A stretch of 24,000 bases of DNA from Steroidobacteraceae bacterium (GCA_036273735.1 DASUHA010000033.1:23978-47977), one strand, 5' to 3'. Positions 15,789 to 23,478 are shown, counted from the stretch's first letter. The notes: generated by a model from the sequence alone, not told the origin. Translations and numbers: made by a program.

Positions 15789-16516
15789 ATGCTGCTTCCG
15801 AAAACCTTTGCCCATTTCAATGGCTGCCTTTACGTTCCCGATCAAGGGCGCTACTTACTGAAACTACTTGAGACTGGCGGGGCACGTCAGTTCCTAGACG
15901 AGCTGGAGCGGCTGTCAAAGTTAGGGTCGCCATGGGCATCGGCAATTCTTGGATATATGGCTTTGATGCCCGGACCCGATGGAACGCGTGATGTTGCTCG
16001 CGCACTGGAGCTGTGCAGGCCCCACGCTCATGCTGGAGATTCGTACGCACAGTTCGTCTTCGCGTGGGCTTGATTCTCAGTAGTCAACTAAAGCTCGGAT
16101 TCGAGTCGATGCAGAAGGCGGCTGGATCCGGATTTGCTCCGGCATCCGTCGATCTTGCTACCCTTATCTGGAATCTTCCTGCCAAAGTGGCAAGCGATAC
16201 CGCCGCCGCTCTCCAAGCGTTGAAGGTCGCAGGCCGAGCAGGGCATAAGGCGTCTGCGGTATGGAGGTATGCCTTCTATAAATCTGGTCGCGTTGGCCTA
16301 TGGCGGCGACCGATTGTCTATCTCTTCGCGCCCTTCGCCCGGTTGCGCCTGATTTTCGCCGGATTCAAAGATCCATTTCCGTGCCGAGTGGTTCATCTTT
16401 CAGCAGCACGTCACCTCGCCGCTACTTCGCGAGGTACCGCGGCCGCCATTCTTCCAAGCGTTCGTGGACAGTTTCCGGGAGAGTTTCCCTTAGCCCATCG
16501 CATCGCTGGCTCCTGA
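15789..16516 (+). pseudogene. Sel1-like repeat (SLR/TPR-type) protein, split by a 1-nt frameshift near 16060-16073
   Basis: Frame A ends ...AHAGDSYAQFVFAWA*. The next frame continues GLILSSQLKLGFESMQKAAGSGFAPASVDLATLIW...ALKVAGRAGHKASAVW. The periodic A..G...A pattern is typical of Sel1 repeats. This could be a true pseudogene or a sequencing indel. Confidence 0.5.
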
Positions 16517-16522
16517 GCCGCT

Positions 16523-17113
16523 TCAAGCGGCAGGGCTGATGATGTCGCTGGGCGAGGTAATGAGGACGCAGGTGCAGCCCGTTTCGCTCCATACGAGTGT
16601 GTCGGCCGTGCCAGGCTCTGCTCGATTATAGTCCCCGGGGTAGAGCTTGCGATCCTCTATCCAGAGCTCACCGCTCAGGAGAAACAGCTCTTCCACTCCT
16701 GCGTGGCGGTGAGGCGGATACGCGGTACCCGGAGAGAGGCGCACCAACATACTCACCCGGTCGTGCTCCGTGTCGGTCGCAAGCAGCTTGCAGGAAATGC
16801 CGGGCGCCACATCCTCCCATTCGGCTTCCTTCCAGGCGAGGACCTCGGGCAGCACGGAGTCCTCACGGGCCTCTTCACCGAGGCGCTCCTGGACGCGGCT
16901 CCACATCGAGTGCGACGGTCGGAGAATATCCACGGGCCAGGACGCGAAGGAATCGACCACAGGGTGCAGTGACTCGAGTTCTTGCCGACATTCGGGGCAA
17001 CTCGCGAGGTGCTCTTCCAGGAGTCGTATCTCGCTGGAGGGCAATGCGCCCAGGACGTACAGGGGGATCAGCTCGGCCCGCTCGCAACGGGGTTGTTCCG
17101 CATTTGCGCTCAC
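16523..17113 (-). CDS. chrR: ChrR-type anti-sigma factor (N-terminal zinc-binding ZAS domain + C-terminal cupin)
   Basis: 196 aa. ZAS motif HLASCPEC (H-x3-C-x2-C) and cupin HRHAGVEELFLLSGEL. The GTG start overlaps the sigma-gene stop (GTGA, 17113-17110). Confidence 0.85.
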   Translation of the reverse strand: MSANAEQPRCERAELIPLYVLGALPSSEIRLLEEHLASCPECRQELESLHPVVDSFASWPVDILRPSHSMWSRVQERLGEEAREDSVLPEVLAWKEAEWEDVAPGISCKLLATDTEHDRVSMLVRLSPGTAYPPHRHAGVEELFLLSGELWIEDRKLYPGDYNRAEPGTADTLVWSETGCTCVLITSPSDIISPAA

Positions 17114-17823
17114 GGTGGTCGTTCCCTCTGCACGGACAAGGCCTGGCGGAGCTTCTCCAGACCCGAGCGAATTCGCGTCTTGACCGTGCCGAGCGGCAGA
17201 TCAAGCCGCGCAGCGACTTCCGCGTAGCTCAGCTCCAGAAAGAAAGCGGCCTCGATCGCCTCGCGCTCGGCCGACGTTAGCACGCTCAGGGATTTCCTCA
17301 GGACCTGGCCCTGCTGGAGGGCTTCGATCGCCTCGCCGGTGTTGTCCATACCGCCTCCCACAGATCCGTCGTCTGCGGGAAAAGGCGCGGTGCGCTTCTT
17401 TCGTTGCTCGTACCGTAAGCGGTCGATCGCCCGGCTGCGTGCCTGGTTCATGATCCAACCCAAGACGGGGCCGCCAGCGGGGTCATACCCGGCTGCTCGC
17501 TGCCAAACCGCATGGAAGGTGTCCACCGTCACCTCCTCCGCGGACTGGCGGTCGTTGAGAAGCCGCGCGAGAAAGGTGAAGACCAAGCGGTGCGTGCTCT
17601 GGTACAAAGCGCGTAGCGCGCGTTGATCTCCGGCAGCCATCGCTCGCACGAGCGCCACCCACGCGCCTTCCGATACACGCGCCCGTGTACGGTCCGCATA
17701 AAGCAAGTCACCAAGGGTATCCGGCGGGCAATCAACCTTCGGCCCCTTGGTCTCCGGTGCTGCGTTTACGCTCACGACCAGAAATAATGCCCCCATCGTC
17801 CGCGGGTGGCAAGGAGTGGCCAT
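17110..17823 (-). CDS. ECF-type RNA polymerase sigma factor (start uncertain)
   Basis: Region 2: EEVTVDTFHAVWQRAAGYDP...LGWIMNQARSRAIDRLR. Region 4: LTSAEREAIEAAFFLELSYAEVAARLDLPLGTVKTRIRSGLEKLR. ATG 17823 or 17796 would overlap the upstream small ORF. A TTG at 17706 gives a 198-aa protein with no overlap. Confidence 0.85.
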   Translation of the reverse strand: MATPCHPRTMGALFLVVSVNAAPETKGPKVDCPPDTLGDLLYADRTRARVSEGAWVALVRAMAAGDQRALRALYQSTHRLVFTFLARLLNDRQSAEEVTVDTFHAVWQRAAGYDPAGGPVLGWIMNQARSRAIDRLRYEQRKKRTAPFPADDGSVGGGMDNTGEAIEALQQGQVLRKSLSVLTSAEREAIEAAFFLELSYAEVAARLDLPLGTVKTRIRSGLEKLRQALSVQRERPP

Positions 17824-18082
17824 TCAAGTCGCGGGTCCGGCGCTCGGTCTCCCATGCCCCGAAGCACTTGGCATGGACGTGGTAGCTGGTCGCGGCCGCG
17901 ACCTGGTCCGAAGCGAACTGAAGCTCAAGTTCGACATCATCCTTATCCACCGCCTCGCCACACACGGCGCATGGTTCGCCACTGCCGGGCCCGCCCCACA
18001 CACGTTCGGGGCGATGGTTTGGCAAGCTGCCCGTCGTCATCGCCTCTCGAGCCCGGACGCGCGGTACACTCTCTTCACCCAT
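17732..18082 (-). CDS. Small hypothetical protein with CxxC...HxHxxC putative zinc site
   Basis: 116 aa from ATG 18082, preceded by GGAGGAG 8 nt upstream. ...GEPCAVCGEAVDKDDVELELQF...SYHVHAKCFGAWETER. No family recognised. Confidence 0.55.
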   Translation of the reverse strand: MGEESVPRVRAREAMTTGSLPNHRPERVWGGPGSGEPCAVCGEAVDKDDVELELQFASDQVAAATSYHVHAKCFGAWETERRTRDLNGHSLPPADDGGIISGRERKRSTGDQGAEG

Positions 18083-18273
18083 CTTTTTTACTCCTCCCGC
18101 CGGCCGCAGCCGCGTTCCTCCATAGAACGACAAATACGGCTTGGCGGATTTCCCGTGCGCCGCTCCAGCGGCGCCGAGGAATATGCGAATGCGAAGGGCG
18201 CCGGGTTCGAGCTACTCGTGCCGAAACCCGTTACGCTCGAGTCGCTTCACGCTCTCCTGTTGAGCCGGCTGCC

Positions 18274-19431
18274 TCAGTTGGAGGTGTTGGAGGTCGAGGA
18301 AAATATGCGCTCGAGCTCATAAGGCTTCGCCGCTTCCAGCTGCTGGTACGTGCACTCCTCCGCCCGCTTGTCGGGTCGCCAGCGCAGAAACTGAGTCGCG
18401 TGACGAAAGCGCCGGCCCTGCATGTGATCGTATTTGACCTCGCAGACGCGCTCGATCCTGAGGGGCTCCCAGGACAGATCCTTCCCGGCACTCCAGCGAC
18501 TTTGGGCGCCGGGCATTCGGGTCGATTCGGCAGCCGGGCTCGCCCAATCGCGCCAGGGATGATCGCGCGTCGCATTCCTGCGTAGCGGTGCGAGCTCCTC
18601 CGCAAGTTGCCGCCGCATCGCCATCGTGAACGAGGATGTAACTCCCACGTGCTGGAGGGCTCCCGCCTCATCGTACAGCCCGAGCAACAGCGAACCCACG
18701 ACATCGTTGCCGCTTTTGTGCCGGCGGAGGCCGGCTACTACACAATCAGCCGTGCGCACGTGCTTGACCTTGATCATGGCGCGTTTGCCGGGCACGTACG
18801 TCCCCGATCGCAGCTTCGCGATCACTCCGTCCAGTCCCGCTCCTTCGAAGCGCGTCAGCCAGTCGCGCGCGATGGAATGATCGCGGGTCATGGGCGTGAT
18901 GTGAATGGGTGGTCCCGTTCCTCGGAGCAACTCTTCGAGCGCGGCGCGTCGTGTCGCTTGTGGCTCCGCCATGAAACTGTGTTTCCCTCGCGCCAGGATA
19001 TCGAAGGCTACGAAGGAAGATGGCGCCTCGTGAGCGAGCTTCTCGACGCGTGACGCCGCCGGGTGGAGCCTGAGCTGCAGCGCGTCGAAGTCCAGGCCCG
19101 CTTTCGTCGCAATCACGATCTCGCCGTCCAGGACCGAGCTCGCGGGCAGCCCCCGAAGCAGCGCCTCATGCAAGTCAGGAAAGTACCGGTCGAGCGGCCG
19201 CGCGTCGCGGCTCTGTATGTAGACTCCGCCTGGGTCGCGAAACACGATCGCCCGAAAGCCATCCCATTTGGGCTCATATAGATAGTCGCCGAGGGGCAAC
19301 TCGCTCCCGAGCTTAGCCAGCATCGGTTCGACCGGTGGCGCGACGGCGAGTCCAGCCCAACGTTTTTTCCGCTTCACGAGCAGTCTGCCGTAGCGCTCGG
19401 CGTTCCCGCCGAGCCGAGAGCGGACCGGCAC
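18274..19431 (-). CDS. ATP-dependent DNA ligase (ligase-only, LigC/LigD-ligase-domain type)
   Basis: Motif I EPKWDGFR, III LDGEIV, IIIa FVAFDIL, IV LDGVIAK, V AMIKVK. OB-fold tail ...RFRHATQFLRWRPDK. Start is GTG 19431 or GTG 19377. Confidence 0.9.
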   Translation of the reverse strand: MPVRSRLGGNAERYGRLLVKRKKRWAGLAVAPPVEPMLAKLGSELPLGDYLYEPKWDGFRAIVFRDPGGVYIQSRDARPLDRYFPDLHEALLRGLPASSVLDGEIVIATKAGLDFDALQLRLHPAASRVEKLAHEAPSSFVAFDILARGKHSFMAEPQATRRAALEELLRGTGPPIHITPMTRDHSIARDWLTRFEGAGLDGVIAKLRSGTYVPGKRAMIKVKHVRTADCVVAGLRRHKSGNDVVGSLLLGLYDEAGALQHVGVTSSFTMAMRRQLAEELAPLRRNATRDHPWRDWASPAAESTRMPGAQSRWSAGKDLSWEPLRIERVCEVKYDHMQGRRFRHATQFLRWRPDKRAEECTYQQLEAAKPYELERIFSSTSNTSN

Positions 19432-19569
19432 GCGAGTTGCGGGCGCAGTGAGCGGTGTCGGAATGCGCGAAAGTCGCTACAAGCGTTGTCGCTGACGATG
19501 CGCGATTCCCGATTCCCGAGGAGTTCGTTCCGTCGCCGTGAAAACCTGGAACTGAATGAGGACTGAGCG

Positions 19570-20430
19570 ATGAGCGCTCCATTTCCGAAACCGCCATTTG
19601 CCGACCAGCGCCAACCCGTGCCGGGAAAGAGCGCCGCCATGGACCCGCCGCCCGACCACGGTGAGGAGAGCTATAAAGGCTCGGGACGGCTGACCGGCAA
19701 GAAGGCAGTGATCACCGGCGCCGATAGTGGCATCGGTCGCGCGGTCGCGCTGGCTTACGCGCGGGAGGGCGCGGATGTACTAGTGAGCTATTGTAATGAG
19801 CACGACGACGCGCGGGAGACACAGCGCCTCATTGAAGAGGCGGGACGCAAGTGCATCCTGGTGAGTGGCGACATCAAGGATCCGAAGCACTGTCAAGCCC
19901 TCATCGAGAAGGCCGTAAAGACTTTCGGCCGCATCGACATTCTGGTCAATAACGCTGCTCATCAGGCCAGCTTCGATTCCCCTGAAGAGATCAGTGACGA
20001 GGAGTGGGACGTTACTTTTCGCACGAACATCTATGCGATGTTCTATCTCACGAAAGCGGCGCTGCGGCACATGAAACCCGGCGCTGCGATCATCAACACC
20101 ACCTCGGTGAACGCGGATACGCCAAGTCCGCAACTCCTCGCCTACGCGACGACGAAGGGCGCGATCCAGAACTTCACGGGCGGCCTTGCCCAGCTGCTTG
20201 CAGAACGCGGTATTCGCGTCAATTGCGTCGCGCCCGGACCAATTTGGACGCCACTGATTCCGTCCACGATGCCCAAGGACAAAGTGAAGAACTTTGGAAG
20301 CCAAGTGCCGATGAAGCGGCCAGGGCAGCCGAAGGAGCTCGCGCCCGTGTACGTCATGCTCGCCGCGGACGAGGCGAGTTATGTGTCCGGAGCAACCGTA
20401 GCCGTGACGGGCGGCAAACCAATTCTCTGA
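19570..20430 (+). CDS. SDR-family oxidoreductase (YghA/YdaD general-stress-protein-39 type)
   Basis: 286 aa. KKAVITGADSGIGRAVA (TGxxxGIG), NNAA, catalytic Y-x3-K in AYATTKGA, IRVNCVAPGPIWTPL. The N-terminal extension ...QPVPGKSAAMDPPPDHGEESYKGSGRL is typical of this subfamily. Confidence 0.9.
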   Translation: MSAPFPKPPFADQRQPVPGKSAAMDPPPDHGEESYKGSGRLTGKKAVITGADSGIGRAVALAYAREGADVLVSYCNEHDDARETQRLIEEAGRKCILVSGDIKDPKHCQALIEKAVKTFGRIDILVNNAAHQASFDSPEEISDEEWDVTFRTNIYAMFYLTKAALRHMKPGAAIINTTSVNADTPSPQLLAYATTKGAIQNFTGGLAQLLAERGIRVNCVAPGPIWTPLIPSTMPKDKVKNFGSQVPMKRPGQPKELAPVYVMLAADEASYVSGATVAVTGGKPIL

Positions 20431-20597
20431 TGGCGTAAACAGCCAACTTCGGGAAATCAATGGGTTAGTGCGGAAGGGTTGTGCGCCAGCGGGCAGTCGC
20501 AGCCGGCGGTCGCTTCGTGCGTTGATTCGGACCTGGGCCCGGCCTAGACTTTTCGAGCAGTCCAGCGCGGCACCCGAGACTGCAGCGAGGGTGAGCC

Positions 20598-20963
20598 ATG
20601 CAAGGGTCTCTCTTCCGTTTCTACGTGCACGAGGGCCACCGCCACCGCGGGCGCCTTGCATGGGAGTGGCTGCTCGAGCAAGGCAACGAACTCGGTATTC
20701 GGGGCGGCTCCGCCTTCAAGGCCATGGCCGGGTTCGGCCGACATCACGTTCTGCACGAGGCGCGTTTCTTCGAGCTTGCAGGAACTCTCACTGTCGAAGT
20801 GGAGTTCATCGTGTCGCCTGAGGAGGCGCAGAAGCTCCTGGAGCTGCTACACAGGGAGGAGGTGCGCCTTTTCTACGCCTACACGCCCGCCTGCTTCGGC
20901 GTGATCAATCCGGACGCGTCCGACGCACCCTCCGTGAGAGGCTGTCCCGAGTCGATCGCATAG
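20598..20963 (+). CDS. DUF190-family (PII-like fold) protein
   Basis: 121 aa: LFRFYVHEGHRHRGRLAWEWLLEQGNELGIRGGSAFKAMAGFGRHH...LTVEVEFIVSPEEAQKLLELL. This matches the DUF190 pattern. No crcB neighbour in the window. Confidence 0.75.
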   Translation: MQGSLFRFYVHEGHRHRGRLAWEWLLEQGNELGIRGGSAFKAMAGFGRHHVLHEARFFELAGTLTVEVEFIVSPEEAQKLLELLHREEVRLFYAYTPACFGVINPDASDAPSVRGCPESIA

Positions 20964-21031
20964 TGACGCGCGGCCGCCGAGGGGCCAAGGCATCCGCCGC
21001 GCGGCCGCGTCCGGACTGGACGGCTCAGCCC

Positions 21032-21418
21032 TCAGTGGGAGGTGAAAGCCTCGCGAAGCTGCCGAAACTGCGCTTTCATCTGATTCGCGTTCGCTGCCAA
21101 CTGGCGCTTGGTGGTCGGGCCGTCCGCGGCCGCCGCTTTGATGAAGGCGAGATCCGCCCTGGGCCTATCTCCGGCGACCAGGTAGCACTGACCGGCCAAC
21201 CGGTATTGCGCTTTGCGAAATGCCAGGTCCGCTCGCTCGTGGGCCAGCCTCGCGTCCTTACCGAGGCATGCCTTCTGCCCGGTATCGGCGGCGGTGCTGG
21301 CGGTCGGACTGCCCGCCGCAGCGGTAGGCATGCCCTGCAGGATCGCTGGACTCGAACAGAGACTGAGGACGACGAGAAGTCCCCACCGCAGCGAGCGACG
21401 AGTGTGCGCATTCATCAT
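21032..21418 (-). CDS. Small exported hypothetical protein
   Basis: 128 aa from ATG 21418 (AGGAGG 7 nt upstream). Signal peptide MMNAHTRRSLRWGLLVVLSLCSSPA. Internal repeat RADLAFRKA / RADLAFIKA. Helical, Ala-rich. Confidence 0.55.
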   Translation of the reverse strand: MMNAHTRRSLRWGLLVVLSLCSSPAILQGMPTAAAGSPTASTAADTGQKACLGKDARLAHERADLAFRKAQYRLAGQCYLVAGDRPRADLAFIKAAAADGPTTKRQLAANANQMKAQFRQLREAFTSH

Positions 21419-21580
21419 GTCAGCCCCTCCTGTCACCGAACCACAATGGGCTCGGTTTCGGGCTCAACAAGGCGCGGCCTCTCTCCCCGAGGAGGTAGGG
21501 CGTCTACTTCCATATGGGGCGCAGGCGCCTATCATCCCGACTTGCTGGTACTACGAACCGCCAGACAGGCAGGTGCGCAC

Positions 21581-22045
21581 GTGAACAGAAAAATCTACGT
21601 CAATACGAGGCCGTCACCTTACGTCGAAGAAATCGTTGTCGGGGGCCATACGCTCCTCGCGGACGAGCCGAGCGAGGTCGGAGGTATGGACGCGGGGCCG
21701 AACCCCTACGAGCTCCTTCTGGCCGCCCTCGGGACGTGCACCTGCATCACGGTGCGAATGTATGCGGAGCGCAAGCATTGGCTGCTCGAGGCGGTGCAGG
21801 TGACCCTGACGCACGCCAAGGCCCATGCCGAGGATTGTGTCGCGTGCGAGACCGAGGCCAGGTCGCTCGATCAGATAGAGGTGGAGATCAGCCTGACGGG
21901 AGATTTGTCCGGCGAGCAGCGGCAAAGGCTGCTCGCGATTGCCGGCAAGTGCCCGGTCCACCGCACACTGATCTCCCAGGTCCGGATCAGTACGCGCGCC
22001 GTGCAGCCCCTCGAGGTTGCGCCCGCTTCATCAGGTACTCCCTGA
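21581..22045 (+). CDS. OsmC/Ohr-family peroxiredoxin-like protein
   Basis: 154 aa from GTG 21581: GGMDAGPNPYELLLAALGTCTCITVRMYAERKHW...IEVEISLTGDLSGEQRQRLLAIAGKCPVHRTL, with both conserved Cys contexts. The upstream 206 codons of the tracked ORF are antisense to the 21032-21418 gene and were rejected. Confidence 0.85.
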   Translation: MNRKIYVNTRPSPYVEEIVVGGHTLLADEPSEVGGMDAGPNPYELLLAALGTCTCITVRMYAERKHWLLEAVQVTLTHAKAHAEDCVACETEARSLDQIEVEISLTGDLSGEQRQRLLAIAGKCPVHRTLISQVRISTRAVQPLEVAPASSGTP

Positions 22046-22054
22046 AGCCTTCGG

Positions 22055-22789
22055 TCAGGAAATCGAGGTCGCGAGAGAGCCGGCGCTCGCGATCGTTCCG
22101 GTCGCGATGACCGCCCCGGTCGGCTGGCCTGTCGGCGAGCCGCCGGGCGGTTCCACTGAAACGGCAAGCACCGCCGTCGGACCTACCCGGGCGAGCAGAG
22201 CGGGCCCCAGCGGGAGAGTAATAGGCGCGTCGGCGGCTATCATACCGACGGCAATGGGCTTCTCGCCTTTGGGGATCAGCCAGAGCTCTGGAGCACGACC
22301 CGTCGCCAGGCCCTGCGGGGCGGCGGGCACGACGATGATCCGCGCGTTGCTGATGTCCATCGTCGCTGTCCAACCAACGTTGCCGTTCTGCTGTGCGAGC
22401 GTCGATGCCATGTATGTGACGGATGGTGCCGACGGCTGGCGGACGATGAGGACAAGAGCCAGGATGCACGCCACGGCTATCGCACCGGCCCCCAGGCTCA
22501 ACCAGTGCCACACGCGCACATTCTCCCAGAAACCCGGCGGCTGGCGGTCTCGAGGATCAAAGCGCAGTTCCGTGCGAATCCTCTGCCAGAGACGCATCGG
22601 CGGCTCGCGATCGGCGATCTCCGCGGCCAGTGGCAGCAGGCGGCGATGCCACGCTGCGACGGTGGCCGCGGCCGCATCGCTCTCCTGCATCTCGCGCTCT
22701 ACGGCGGCGCGTGCATCCGCGTCGAGTACGCCGAGGACGTATTCGGCATAGCGCAGCTCGGGGTCGTCGTCGCGTAGCGGAGTGTTCAT
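22055..22789 (-). CDS. rskA: Anti-sigma-K factor RskA-family membrane protein
   Basis: 244 aa. N-terminal anti-sigma helix region (YAEYVLGVLDADARAAVEREM), central TM (WHWLSLGAGAIAVACILALVLIV), C-terminal RskA-like domain (ELWLIPKGEKPIAVG...LAVSVEPPGGSPTGQPTG). ATGA overlap with the sigma gene. Confidence 0.8.
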   Translation of the reverse strand: MNTPLRDDDPELRYAEYVLGVLDADARAAVEREMQESDAAAATVAAWHRRLLPLAAEIADREPPMRLWQRIRTELRFDPRDRQPPGFWENVRVWHWLSLGAGAIAVACILALVLIVRQPSAPSVTYMASTLAQQNGNVGWTATMDISNARIIVVPAAPQGLATGRAPELWLIPKGEKPIAVGMIAADAPITLPLGPALLARVGPTAVLAVSVEPPGGSPTGQPTGAVIATGTIASAGSLATSIS

Positions 22790-23343
22790 GATTCAAGGCA
22801 CGAGCGCAGTTGCATCAGGCCTCGGCGGATCCAGCTCTTCATGGTTGGAAGCGGTACCTGACATCGCTCTGCCAACTGCTTGTACGTCGCTCCGGAGAAA
22901 AAGGCTTCACGCACCGAGCGCCGCTGCCTTGCTTCCAGCTGCTCCAGGCAGTTGGCCAAGCGGGCATAGTCCTGGCTCGACTCGACCTCCGTTGCCGGCT
23001 CCAGGCGCTCATCCGGCAACCGCTCGAGGTCGATCGGATCATCCAACACCCGCTCGCGCCGCTGCCGCAGCCGGTCAATCGCCTTGTTGCGCGTGAGTGC
23101 GATGAGCCAGGTGAGCGCCCCTGCACGCGCGGGCTCGAAACTCGCGGCGCGCTGCCAGACCGTGGTGAAGACCTCCTGCAGGACTTCTTCGGACTCTTCC
23201 CGTTCCCGCAGCATGCGCAAGCAAACGCCAAAGAGACGGGCGCAGGTCCGCCGGTAGAGCTCCGCGAAGGCTCGCCGATCCCGATCGGCCGTGCGCGCCA
23301 GAAGGTCTTCCAGGGTGTGGCGCATGCCGTCGGCTGCGGTCAT
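22786..23343 (-). CDS. ECF-type RNA polymerase sigma factor (SigK-like, paired with RskA)
   Basis: 185 aa from ATG 23343: DRRAFAELYRRTCARLFGVCLRML...EEVLQEVFTTVWQRAASFEP...LTWLIALTRNKAIDRLR...SVREAFFSGATYKQLAERCQVPLPTMKSWIRRGLMQLR. Confidence 0.88.
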   Translation of the reverse strand: MTAADGMRHTLEDLLARTADRDRRAFAELYRRTCARLFGVCLRMLREREESEEVLQEVFTTVWQRAASFEPARAGALTWLIALTRNKAIDRLRQRRERVLDDPIDLERLPDERLEPATEVESSQDYARLANCLEQLEARQRRSVREAFFSGATYKQLAERCQVPLPTMKSWIRRGLMQLRSCLES

Positions 23344-23451
23344 CCGGAGATTCTCCGCTGGCAAATGCCCGGCGGCAACTTTTTACTTGGGGTGCGGGTC
23401 AAGGGCGCGGGGCGGCAAGACTGGGGTCGCAGGGATAAGTCGGCGAGGCTG

Positions 23452-23478
23452 CATCCAACTGCAGGTTGCATACGTACT
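23452..23478 (+). promoter_or_regulatory. Candidate ECF-type promoter upstream of the DUF4331 gene
   Basis: CATCC (23452-23456), 16-nt spacer, CGTACT (23473-23478), 33 nt upstream of the ATG. The resemblance to ECF -35/-10 (..CGT..) architecture was judged by eye only. Confidence 0.3.

Noticed and set aside
17747-18585. Plus-strand ORFs 17747-18322 (191 aa) and 17806-18585 (259 aa)
   Set aside because: They are antisense to the small CxxC ORF and to the ligase and are Arg/Pro/Ser-rich. Only the short receiver-like tail (18134-18295) was kept, as a low-interest finding.
20431-20597. Possible fluoride (crcB-motif) riboswitch upstream of the DUF190 gene
   Set aside because: I looked for the conserved GATGG...AACCGCC...CTGATGA-type core and did not see it. 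No crcB gene is adjacent. A covariance-model scan (Rfam RF01734) would be the decisive test.
19780-20661. 293-aa minus-strand ORF
   Set aside because: It is antisense to the SDR gene, which has clear TGxxxGIG, NNAA and YxxxK motifs. Its translation is low in complexity.
14285-21000. attR-type direct repeat of the tRNA-Lys 3' end that would delimit the island
   Set aside because: No copy of the 3' portion (…ttcgatccctacacggcccacca) was found by eye downstream. It may have been deleted, or I may have missed it without a computational search.
20963-21580. First 206 codons of the 360-aa ORF containing OsmC
   Set aside because: This part is antisense to the RBS-supported exported-protein gene (21032-21418) and is low in complexity. 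OsmC homology begins at GTG 21581.
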